Of a stretch of 64,000 nucleotides of DNA, positions 52,330-64,000 are shown piece by piece. Numbering within the stretch: the first letter of the stretch is position 1; the number at the start of each line of letters is the position of its first letter. Source of the stretch: Camelus ferus (taxonomy: Eukaryota); NCBI RefSeq assembly GCF_009834535.1, contig NC_045707.1, positions 50,098,001-50,162,000 on the forward strand. Reading direction: 5' to 3'. The notes beneath the pieces are model-generated. The model saw only the letters and a list, made by a program, of their open reading frames with translations. It was not told the origin of the DNA and searched no databases. The translations under genes and the position numbers were made by a program.

Positions 52330-54085
52330 TTCCTTATTTCCTTGTCCTTAAGTAATATGTGTTTATCTCCTTAACAAATGCTTCCTATTTCAGTGAGAAA
52401 ATAGAAGATCATTTCCACTCTCCCCCACACCACTTCTCCCACCTTCCAACATCTGTGGGCATGAGCCCTGCCCTCCTTCCTCCTGCAGAACTGGCCTCCC
52501 TCTGGGCACTGGATCCCAGACCCCCTCACCTGTCCATAGACACCGCTCCAGCAAGCCTCTTTTCTCCTTCCTGCACCATCAGTTCTTCCTCTCATTCCTG
52601 TGGCTCATTCTCACCAGCATGCAAACAACTCTTATTTTTCCCATCTTTAAAAACAAATGCACAGAACCATTCTCTTGGCCCCATTTCCACTTCTAACTAC
52701 AGATCTATTTCTCCTCTCCCCTTTGCAGCAAACTTCAGAAAGAGTTGTCTTCATTCAACGTTTTCCAATTCTTCCCCTTCTTTCTTAAGCCCACGTTAAT
52801 CAGACTTTCACCTGCCCTCTCCACCACAGCTGTTCTTGTCAAGGTCACCCATGACCTCCAAGTTGCCACAGCCAATGGGCAACTTGCTTTCAGCCTACCT
52901 AGCCAATCAGCAGCAGCTGAAACTGATCATGAATCCCTCTTCCTTCAAAGGGTGTTTTTCCACGAGGGTGCAGGACACCATGAGCCCCTGGTTGCCCTTC
53001 TCCTTCACCCCTTCCTTCTCAGCATCCTGGCTGGCTCCTCCTCATCTCCATGATCTTAACTCTAGAGTTTTCCAGGAGGCAGGGTGTGGACACCTTTTTG
53101 CTGTTTAAAGGCAGTCTTGTGGTGATCTCGTTCAGTCTCTTCGCGACAGATACGTTAACAAACTCCCAAATGTAACTCTCCAGCCCAGGCTCCTTCTCCC
53201 ACCTGTACCCTCCCTCCCTACTCCAGATCTAACCACTCCTTGACACTGCAGGTACAGCACGTGCAAAACTGCGCCCCGGGCTTCCCCCGTCCTGCTCCTC
53301 CCACAGGTGTGTCTCAGTCAGTGGCAACTACAACTAGGCCATAAACCTCGGAATCCTTCTTGATCTCTCTCTGTCCCCCACACTACCCATCCAAAGCTTC
53401 AGCAAACCCTGTGGGTCACACGTTCAGAATGTATCTCGTACCATACCACTGTCACCATCACTCTGGTCTGAGCCACAAAACCATTTTGCCTGGATTGTTG
53501 AAACAGCCTCATGACTGGTCTTGCTTCCACTTTGCCCACCTAGAGACTATTCCCAACATAGCCAGAGGGGTAACCCTGAAGGATGTGACAGATAATGTAA
53601 CTTCTGCTCAACATCAGACAATGACTTTCCCTCTCACTCAGAGTACAAGCAACGTTACTGTAAAGAGTCTCATGTAATCAATCTCTCTCCTCTTGCCTTT
53701 CTAGCCTCAGATCCTGTTACCTTCCCCCATCCTTGCCTGCTCGGTCCTCTGCCTCAGGGCCTTTGCACATGTTATTTGTTCTGCATGGAGGGCGCTCACC
53801 ACAGACACCTGAAAGGCTTACTTCCCCACCTCCTCTTCATTTTTGCTTAACTATCACCTTTCTCTGAGCCCTTCTTGACGCTTGTTTAAAAATCACTTCT
53901 CCCACTCCAGTACTCCTGATAGGCTTCTCCACTTTCTTTTTCTCCATATCACTATATATTTTATTTATTTCCTTTGTTGCCTAGATTCCCCCTGCCGCCA
54001 TGAGAATCTAAGCACTGTGAGATTTGTCGTTGTATCTCCTGCAGCTGAAACAGCCCCCATTATTCAATATATACCAATCGAGTGA
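52330..54085 (+). mobile_element. L2 LINE
   Basis: cttgtcaaggtcacccatgacctcc, cagggcctttgcacatg and other L2-typical phrases. Confidence 0.8.
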
Positions 54086-54159
54086 AAAAAATCTCTCCAA
54101 AAAGTCAGAAAAGTAAAAGGAGAGAATTAGAAAGACACCCATATACTTAAAAAGGAAAT

Positions 54160-54650
54160 TTTATTCAGCCGTGGGAAAGCAAGCAATCCTGCCACTTACA
54201 ATAACACGGATGGACCCTGGGGGCATTATGCTAAGTGAAATAAGCCTGACAGAGAAAGACAGATACTGTGTGATCTCACTTAAAAGTGGAAACTAAAAAA
54301 GATGATAGAAAAGAGAGAAGAGTGGTGGTTACCAGGGGCTGGGGTGAGGGGTATGGGGAGGTGTTGGTTAAAGGGTACAAACTTCCAGTTGCAAGTTGTG
54401 GGGGTCTCATGTGCAGCAATGGTGATTATAGCTAACACTGTAGCATATGCTTGACAGTTGCTAAGAGAGTAGATCTTAAATGTTCTCACTACCCCCCAAA
54501 TGGTAATTATGTAACATGATAGAGGTATTAGCTAAAGTTATGATGGTAATCATTTTGCAATATGTAATTATCATATCAACACACCGTACTCCTTAAACTT
54601 ATACCATGTTACATGTCAGTCAATTATATCTCAATAAAGCTGGGGAAAAA
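54160..54650 (+). mobile_element. L1 3' end (L1MA/MB-like)
   Basis: gggcattatgctaagtgaaataagcc, gctaagagagtagatcttaaatgttctcac, aattatatctcaataaagctgg. Confidence 0.85.
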
Positions 54651-57600
54651 AATCACCCATAAGCACACTACCCAGAACCACCGTTTACATGCATATACAC
54701 TCTCATTCTTTTTCCTTTATTTACATGTATTTTCAATGGGGGTCACTTGATACATAATTTTAAAACCTGCTTTAAAATACTTGATATGCATATAATTTAG
54801 ACTTTGAACACATGCCCCCACATAGCCTTTCAGAAATACCAAGTTACACCTTGCCAGGAGTTCATGAGGGTCCACTTTTGCATCTTCTCCCTCAAATTTG
54901 AGCTTATCAGGTTTGTTTTGTGTATAATCCAACCAATATAATAAGTTTGACTCTGATATTGAAATCTTTCTTAGCTGACTTTACTTTCAGTGTCTTCCCA
55001 GTTTCCCCTGTCACCCTTATCACTTCTCAATGAACACACACACACCTCCTCTTTCCTAATAATTGCGGGGAGTCAAGAGAATGAAAAGGGAACACTCTTG
55101 CTGGAGAAAATTTCCAGAATTGGAGAAGCTAGCTTGTTAAAACTCAGAAAGCCTAACAGACTGAATTAGGTTGTGTGGCTTAGCCGAATGAGGCTATAAG
55201 CTATCATTCGCTCGTGACATTCTGACGACTCACACGGACTACTGCTGCCCTGTATAGTCAACCGGCTGTGCGCTGTGTGACTCCGGGGTGGGGGTTGCCA
55301 CGGACACAGATTTCAGTGAGAAGTCACCCCCCTGGGAGTCATGCCATGTGGCAGCCCCCAAAAGGTCTGGCTAGATTAAGATCAATTCAGTTTTAGGAAT
55401 CATTTCTGAGATGCTTTCTTTCCCTGGCTCTGCCCTTCCCCCTCATCATCTATCGAGCATTTGTCTAAGAAAAGCAGACTTTCTATTGTGATAGTGAAAT
55501 TTTTTAAGTTATATTTTTTGACCCTTTCTCTGGCCAACAAAGAAGAGGATGCAAGCCATCTGGTCCAGTAAAACGACCAGACGTGCCCGCCAAATGCCTT
55601 TGCTCACAGGGCTTTCCTGGGGGTGCTTGGGAGGGAAGCAAACAGCTGAGGTTTGAACCCACCTCTGGTGGGTCAGGCAGCCTCTGGCCTCTCTGGACCC
55701 TGATGCCTCGTCTGCTTTATCTATCTCCTTGTCCCTCAACCCCAACTCGAGCCCCAGGGAGCATGTGACGGGTCTCAGGTGTTTGAATTGAGTATTTTCT
55801 CATTGCTGGAAGAAATTTTCAAACACTTTTTAGACCTAAGAATCTCTTTCTACCAGACCAGGAATCCAACAAACCCTTACCAAAAATGTTAGCAAACAAA
55901 ATAGGTCAAGGTGGAGCTGCTCTGGCTGAAAAGGTCCTACTTCTCCCCTACTGGGGCTCTCTTGAACCTGTAGGCTTCCCAGAAGCAGAATCTGAAACCC
56001 AGGCACCTCTGCTGGACCTCACACACAAAGGGTCCTCCTTCCTCCCGTCCCCATGCAGCCTCTGTTAGATTCCCCTGGAGACCAGAGTGAGGCCTCTGCT
56101 TAAGGTGCAAAATTTTAGAAGGGAAGCACCAAAAAACCCCCCAAAATCTCAGCCATCAAGACAAAGAGTATTTTAAGGTAATATTTTCAACAGTCAAAAA
56201 TTAAAGCAAAAAATCCAAGGTGAACAAGATATTAATGTGTTAAATGAAGACGGATCAGTAGTGGCACCACGCTGAGCCACACTGGAACCTGAGCCAAAAG
56301 GACACACCAGCCGTACAGACACATAATCTTGATAATGGTCTTTATCTTGACTCCTGGGTTTCTGGTGTCCCTTTGAATTTTGGGCCCAAAGTGAGTGCCT
56401 TCCTCCCCTCACCTGCCTCTCCTGGTACCTGTCCATCCATCCCTCCACACTGTCCTACAGCTGGCTGCTTCTTGTAACTCTCCTCCCCTCTTAGACTCCC
56501 TGCGGATACAAGGACCAAGACATACTTGTCTGTATCTCCAACATATGAAGCACGTAGCAGGCGTTTAGTAAATTATCTTTGAAGAAATGAATTGGACCAG
56601 CAACCGTTGGCTGTGGGTTTCTCCCATCTCCTCAGCTCTAACTAGCCCTGTGATCCTGGGCAAATCATAACCTCTCTGGCTTGAGCCTACTCCTCCATGA
56701 AATGAAAGACTTGGTAATCTCACATGCCCTTCTGCATCTGTCTATAGGAGTCATCCATCTGCAGAGTCCAAGCCTGCCCAGACATTCCCTGCCTCCTGGT
56801 TGATGGCATCAGTAAGGCAGCTGCAAGCCTGCTGGGATCTTGCAGCGGATGACGGAGCTACACGGAGCTGCAGGCAGTGGGGCTACGGTGTCACCTGTAA
56901 AACCCCCCTAGGCCGGATAATTGCTTTGAACTTACATGTTGCTGGGACTGTATTTTTAAGCCATTTAGGGGATAATTTCTCCAGGAATGCTGTCCTGGTT
57001 GGGAAATACAAGCACTGGCCTTTAATTAGACCAACATATGTTAAGAAATACTTTTCTCCTTCAGTTCCATTCCTGTCAGCCTGTTGTCTTTACATGTGGG
57101 GAAAGGCCACAGAAGTACTGAAAAGCACATTATGTCTTCCCACCATCCCCTGTCTGTGACTGAGAAGAAAAGAAAGACAAGAGTAGAGCAATTCACCGCA
57201 GGTGCGGAAACACGAACCCACGGAGCGCCTACGTCCGTCCACCACGTACGGGCTTCTGTGGGAAGCACTTCAGACAAGGTGCCTGTCCTCAGAGACTTTT
57301 CAGACCTTTCCAGGAGAGAAAACATGAACACAGAAGCACCCTAAGGTGGGGAGATGACCAACTACCAAGATGGTAAGGGCAGGAGGAGTCAGACTAGTGG
57401 GAGGAAAGGAGGAAGCAAACCGCCTTTAGGTGTCTACTGTGTGAGGACTTGAAAACCTTCCCTTGTGTTATCTGCGTGACTATCTTTTTTAAGCATTACT
57501 ATCTCTGTTATACTAATAAGGACTCTAGACTTGGAGCAAAAGCCAATCCGGAAGCACAATTTGCTTTCCCAAAGTGTTCATGTGCAAGTTCTCCAATATG

Positions 57601-58362
57601 TTGGAAATGGATTACCTGACCTGGACACTTAACCCGATGAGCAAACATTGCTCATCTCACTTCCCCCTCAGTGACACAGGCCTCGGCTTCCAAGCGGATT
57701 TTATTTAACTCTCTAATCCAAGGAGTACCTGCTCATTAGGCTATCGCCAAGGTTGGGAACCTCAGGCTGGGGAATTTAAAACAGGCCATTAGTCTTACTT
57801 TCACACCAGATATAATTTAAGCCTTGTCACTGGGCCATCAGACACAAAGGCTCCCTACATCTTATTTGGTAGTTCCCAAATTTGGCCACTGGATTCAGTG
57901 ACCAAAGCTCCCCAGCTGGCTCCCTGGGCTGGGATTTTGCCTTTCTCCTTTGCAGAGGCAAACTAGATCCTGGAGGTTTCCATCAAGGAGGGCTCCAGGG
58001 GAAAGCAGCCTCCTCTGTCATTCTAAAGCCAAACCCTTGAAACAAAAGCTTTGGGACAGCAAAGCCTATAAAAACTTGCTGGGAGCTTTTTTCTTTTGTG
58101 TCTTTCCTTTTTTTTTTTTAATGAGTTTACCCTGTGGTTGTTCTACCTACCCTTGACCCCAGGCAATGGCAAAGGGGGTTGAGATTTAACCATCCAGGAA
58201 AGCTGGCAGTTTGGCAGCCTTGGAATGTGGTGGCTTGTTTATCTAGGGGCCAAACACGGGCCAGAAACACACACATCCCAGGCCTCAGCTTCAGTCTGAG
58301 GGACCCAACTTCTCATTGGGAAGCAGAGGAACTGAACTAAGTTCTCAAAGATTCATAAAAGT

Positions 58363-58517
58363 GGGGAGGGTATAGCTCAGTGGTAGAGTGCATACTTAGC
58401 ACACATGAGGTCATAGGTTTGATCCCCAGTACCTCTGTTAAATTAAAAATTAATAAACATAAAAACAAACCTAATTACCTCCCCCACTAAAAAGCCAAAA
58501 ACAAAAAATTTTTAAAA
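58363..58517 (+). mobile_element. tRNA-derived SINE (Vic-1-like)
   Basis: ggggagggtatagctcagtggtagag; TSD AAAGATTC(A/C)TAA(A/G)A at 58347-58360 and 58518-58531. Confidence 0.88.
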
Positions 58518-61500
58518 AAAGATTCCTAAGATACTGGCCTGTGCGCCTGACCCACCAAGTATTTGTACCTGTAACATAAAGTCAGCTGGATCAGGGGATG
58601 ACGGTGACTCACCCAGCATTTGCAACTTTTGAGGTAGCAATCCTATCAATTAAAAGGGGGCTTTTAAGATCTTAATTTTTAAAAAAAAACAACAAAAAAC
58701 AATCCCTTTGTTTTTGTAGGATGAAAATTCTATTCCACACTGGCTCTGTGATTTTTTTTTTTAATTATCCAATGAAATCTTAGTAGAAATATTGGTGCAG
58801 AGCTTTTTGAATACAAGATGTAAATCATCACCACAAAGGCTAAGAATATGAACCAGCAGAAAGTATCTGATGGGAACTGTGACGTTTCTGGGTAAGTGGC
58901 TGGGATGGCTCCTCCATTCAGGCAGCACAGACTTGCTTTGAGTCAAAAGACACACACGTTTTCCTGGCTCTCAGCTTGCAGTCAAGAACCTGGTGCGTCT
59001 TCCCATGACCACATGGAGTCTGGGCAGCGCTGGTGGAGCGTGCCCAGGAGGCGGCCAGTGAGTCCGCAGGGTTGCCCAGGAAGGTGGAACATCCTCTTTG
59101 GAAAACACTAGGGACTATAACAGACCCAAGGGGAAGAAGGCAGGATAAGTGGACAGCATGGTCCCTGAAGAGCTGATAATTTAACTGTAGGAAAAGAACC
59201 TAAATTCAGAGAACTTATCAACAGCCACTGGACGATAACTGACACTTACTAGCATGGCAAAGCACGACACGGCACACAGGGCCGGCCATCTGTTCCTCGC
59301 CTCCACCACCTACCGCAGGTACCGTCTGTGCCTCCCCCCCGCCCCTTCCTTCTCCTGCTCAACTTCTACGCATCCCCAAAGACTCTACTCCAGCATCAGC
59401 TGTTCCAGGAAACCTCCTAACATCCCACAAACATGTCTGTGTTTGTGCTTCTGCATGCCTAGCTTGACCATTGCCCTTGCCACATTTTTACTAGGCTTTT
59501 TTTCCACGTGGACTGTGACCTCCATGAGGGCAGTGATTAGGACTGACGCATCAGCTCCAGGACCAAGCCCAGTGAGAGTAAATACCCAGCAATAGTTAGA
59601 GGACAAATCGATCCACAAATAACTGCTGAGGGTTTGCGATGACAAGGAAGGACAACAGCGTAACCAGGGAGAGCTGCTCAGAGGAGAGCTGAGTAACGTT
59701 TGAAGGAAGTGGAACTAATTGGATTGGCAGGAAGAAGACTGGGTATAGGTTTATGGGAAATAGTGGCTGCACTGCTCAGCTCTCACAAAACATCATACGG
59801 GGATTAATGAGAATGGAATTAATAAGAGAGGAGAGAGAATAGTTGCAGGACGTGGAAGTACTTTGTATTCTGGATTTGATGGGCAGGCCATATAATTCTT
59901 TCCATGACTGTAGTTGAGAGAGTGAGCCAATGCCAGCAGTGCCCTGATCAAATTCTCAACAGACAATCCATATTCGGCTTATTTAAATCCCCTGCGCTTT
60001 CAGTTTAATGCAGCATTTCCTTCACGTCCTGTCCGAAATCCTTACGCGTGTTTCAGCGGTGGCTGCAGATTATGGCCATGCAGGACAACAAACCTATCCC
60101 CATAAAGAGCAAAGGTTTTTTGTTTTTTTTTTTTTAAAAAAGGCCGCAAGATCTTTATCTTGAAGGAACTTTAATCTCAAGTTTATTATGATTGAGCATC
60201 ATTTCTCATGTATTTTCGTGTAATGGAAAGCCCTTACTCGAGTCCTGCCATCACAACAGCACCATCAGGAAGAGGAAATGAGCAGGGTTGTTAACCAGAA
60301 CACGCTGTCCCTTTTTAAACATTAACCATTGTTCAGGTCTATAGACCTGGCGGCTAAAGGCAGTGATGGGAATCCAGAATCACATGCAAAAAAATCCTAC
60401 CTGTGGAAAATTTTAGAGTTCTCATATCTGCCTTGATCCCTGAAATTATTATAGCATGTGTATATACACATATACACGTATGCATGTAAGTATCTACATA
60501 CACATACATATCACATTTAAAAATATACAGCACACATTTCTTAGAGAAATAGAAGTACAACTAAACTGACCTATCTCTTATCTGAAAATAGCTCTATCTG
60601 ACCCGTGTCATGTTTAGACTGAAGTCATCCCAACTGACAGCACTGAAGCCAAGGAGACATCACGCCATTAGAGCACGGCTGTGGAAGAAGTCTGTGCTCC
60701 ACGGGGAGCTCTGTTTCAGCAGTTAGACAGAACTTGAGCATCCTTGTCACTTGCTGGCCCAGGCTGGGCCCATGTGTGTTATCACTGATTTTTATAATTC
60801 AAGGAGCACTGTTCGCTGCTCTCCTGATTTTATTTATTTTTCAATGAATATGAATCATGGAAACGTTTAAACAATTCTATCAGAAATGTGATGGCTGCAA
60901 ACCATCAACATCACTGTCATTTTCTCATTGAGCACTTACGAGGCCAGTTACGGTGCAAACGACTTCTATACATCAGGGCACAGGACGTGGCGCTTGCTCC
61001 TATTCCTGTACTTCTCAAGGTGAATTAAAATACGTTACATAAGCATCTGTCTCCACTAAATCCTGCCACCGCTACAGCCCCCGAGTACAAGGCCTAGGCC
61101 TTATTCATTTTGGTCCCCCAGCGTGCTGCACACATTGGACACTCAACACGTTTGTTATATAAATAGAAACAACTTGAAGTGACGAAGTCATATTATTTTG
61201 GGCTCTTAAAACAATTATGGTCATGCTATCTTGATACAGTGGTTTGTCTAATAACGAAATCTGGAAACAAACTATATCTCAACATAGGGGAACAGTTAAA
61301 TATAAGGAATAGAATAACTACTTTGTGATATCAGGGTGACCTCAGAAGCGAAGATTTGTGAAGAGAAATCTTGTAATCCAGAAACAACTTGCGCCATGAT
61401 ACTAAGTTGCACGTATGGTTTGCATACAGTTTGTATGTACAGCAACCGTGTTAAAGAAGATATTCATAGAGTTGGAAAAATACCTGAAAAAAAAACCCAA

Positions 61501-61604
61501 CAAAATTCTAATGGTAGTTAAGGTGGAATAATTGTGGATGTTTTTTCTTATTTTTCACATTTTAATTAAAATCTTATATTAAAAATGTAAACAATTTTAA
61601 AAGA

Positions 61605-61875
61605 AGGAGGGTGGAGGGATAAATTGGGAGTTTGGGATTTGCAAATACCAAGTACTGTATACAAAACAGATAAACAACAAGGCCCTACTGTATAGCCCAG
61701 GGAACTATATTCAGTACCTTATAATAGCCTATAGTGAAAAAGAAAATGAAAAGGAATATATATATATATAACTGAATCACTATGCTGTACACCAGAAATT
61801 AACATACTGCAAACTGACTATACTTCAGTTTTAAAAAAAAGAAAAAAAGAAAAAACTAAAAAAAAAAAAAAAAAC
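61605..61875 (+). mobile_element. L1 3' end with poly(A)
   Basis: gggataaattgggagtttgggatttgcaaatac...ctgactatacttcag plus long A tail; sense counterpart of the 13307-14262 element. Confidence 0.88.
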
Positions 61876-63179
61876 AGCAATGATAGTATTTATCATTGGT
61901 TAATAAAATAATGGGTGATATTATTTACTTAGCTGATCCTCAGTGTCAAAAACTTTCCACCATCAACCTATATACTTGCTTAATTAAAGGTTTTCTAAAA
62001 TAATACAGCAAAATAATAGCAGCAAAACCATTAAAAATCTATGTCTTTTTTTGCCCCCCTCAATGGTTTAGAAGACCCATTTGGGTCAAATACTATAAAC
62101 ATCTCTGTGGAATTCCTCAAAATCATGCTTGGTCTAAATGAGGGCTCCTCTGACAGCTGTCCCTGTCCTGTTAGCATGCAGACTGTAAGTAATACTACTA
62201 CTGAAAGGCTGGCTGCTTAACTTCAATGCTGGGCTGGTTTACAGGGAGGCAGAAGCTTTCTCACGTCTGTTAGACGTGAACTGTACAGTCCGGCGGGCCA
62301 CACTGCGGGGACCAGGCTGGTAAAACAGACACACTCGATACACTTAGCGTAACAGAAGCACTTCTACCACAAAGGCACTGCCAGGCAGAAGCAGAAATGG
62401 CCTGTGTGTCGGGAAGGCTTTCCTTCTAAGTCTCCTGTTGGGGTTTCAGATTGGAACTTCCCCTAGGCTTTCCACCTTCAGATGCTCTCTGGATGTACTG
62501 AGTTCTCTTCTTGTTCACCCTGCCTGGCCACAATTTTATTTATTTTATTTTATTATATAAAACAAATAACATATATAATAAAATAAAATAAAGGATGCAA
62601 TTAGATATATTATTTCCCCACTGCTCTAAGCCTTCTCAGGTCCTTTGTTACTTATTTGTCCCCACAATTCTATCAAAAATATACTGGCATCTTTTGAAGC
62701 AGGGTGTCTGTCTTGTTAGCAGAAAGCTCCTATCTTGTTTTAAACACTAAAGTGTCACTTTGCATAGCTCCTGGGTTTAACTAACCTTTATTGGCCAACA
62801 TGAGAGTTGCCCAATTTCTGGTGGGATAGAATGGGACCTTTCCACTGAGTAAAACAAAATACTAATAAATAAATGTACACCCTAAAAGAGCGCTGGTTCT
62901 GCACAAATTAGAAGAGATTATTTGCACACCTCAGGATTAATGATCAATTAGCCGAAGTCCTGATCCTATTAGAAATGCTAATCTCGTGAGAACAGAGAGA
63001 ACCAACCACTTGTGAAAAGGCTGAGCCGTCCAGGCTGTGCCTGGCCCCACTGTCCTGGCTTTGTGAGAAAGGAAGAAAAAGGGGAGGGGAAAGAATATGT
63101 GCTCAGCGCCCACTAGATCCCAGACATTGGGCAAGGGGCTCTCACACACTCAGTGTAGTCAATCCTCATGCCAATCCTT

Positions 63180-63335
63180 CAAAGCAGGATTACAATCAGC
63201 CTTGCTCCTGATGGAAAACCTGAAGATCAACGAGATTAAGTCACTGGACCTGGGCCACACAGCCAGGAAGTGACAAACCTAGAAGTGGGGGGACTTGAAC
63301 CCAGGGTTTTATGAGTCCAGAGTCTGCCATGTTCT
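63180..63335 (-). mobile_element. MIR SINE remnant
   Basis: gatggaaaacctgaagatcaacgagattaagtcact...ccacacagccaggaagtgac...ttgaacccagg. Confidence 0.65.
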
Positions 63336-64000
63336 CGTTACAGCAATTGTGGGGTTTGGTTAGACAGTCGGTGGCAACGTTCAGGTTATTAAAGACCAAA
63401 GATCAAGGTACAGGTCACCTCTGCATGGCTGAATCCAGTCTCCTGCCGTGACTCCAGGACTCACTCCCACGCTGACTGTATCACATATATTTGAAATGAG
63501 AAGTCACGTTATCCCAGATGGACTCCAGCATGTCATGACCTTTGGCATCAGGATTTATGGCCACGGCCCTAATGCTGAACATGTGACCCTGTATCTTTTG
63601 AGCAGGGGCTGGCCCATGAGTAGAAAGGGCTTGAGGACCGAGGAGCCATTCTCTCTCCCTAACCAACTTACATTTTTATGGAAATTCCACCATTATAAAA
63701 TCATTCCTTAGGACGTGCTTTCTCCTCTCCAGAATATCCTATTGAAGTACATAGACCCTTAAAAAGGCAACACCTGAAACTTATTTAGTACCCAGCATCC
63801 TGGCAGGAGGTAGCTGGGTGAGGCCTGGAGGCCAGGTACTCCAATAAAAAACCAGGTAGGAGAGTTTTAGAAAAGAAATTTCTCCTTTACTGCATCCTCC
63901 CTCACCTTGTGTTCAGTCCTGTCAGTATGTTTCAATTTTTCTCTTGATAAAGTATCAGTAATCATGAGACATTGGGGACATGAGTTTAAATCAACCAGAC

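Overview
Mammalian genomic DNA, most likely camelid (inferred from three copies of a tRNA-derived SINE resembling Vic-1). Bases ~1-26700 are the 3' end of POC1B on the + strand: >21 kb of intron, a penultimate coding exon (21777-21993), the last coding exon (25110-25214) and the 3' UTR. As written, the penultimate exon has an apparent +1 frameshift at ~21945, just before the conserved Poc1 coiled-coil; this is either a loss-of-function allele or a sequence error. Directly downstream is a dense endogenous retrovirus (ERV) cluster. (i) An ~11.4 kb minus-strand class I ERV (27946-39356, Arg-type primer-binding site (PBS), TAGG target-site duplication (TSD)) sits in an L2 tail. (ii) A 4.5 kb plus-strand His-PBS ERV is nested inside it (31823-36355, ATAC TSD), with gag/pro/RT remnants and an unusual GC/CpG-rich leader. 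(iii) A 2.6 kb deleted minus-strand ERV (40209-42820) carries ERVL-like integrase and env remnants. The rest is intergenic DNA with old L1, L2, MIR, MLT1 and MER5 repeats. No intact novel protein-coding system is evident; most ORFs in the track are chance or repeat-derived. Family names come from recalled consensus features, not database searches.
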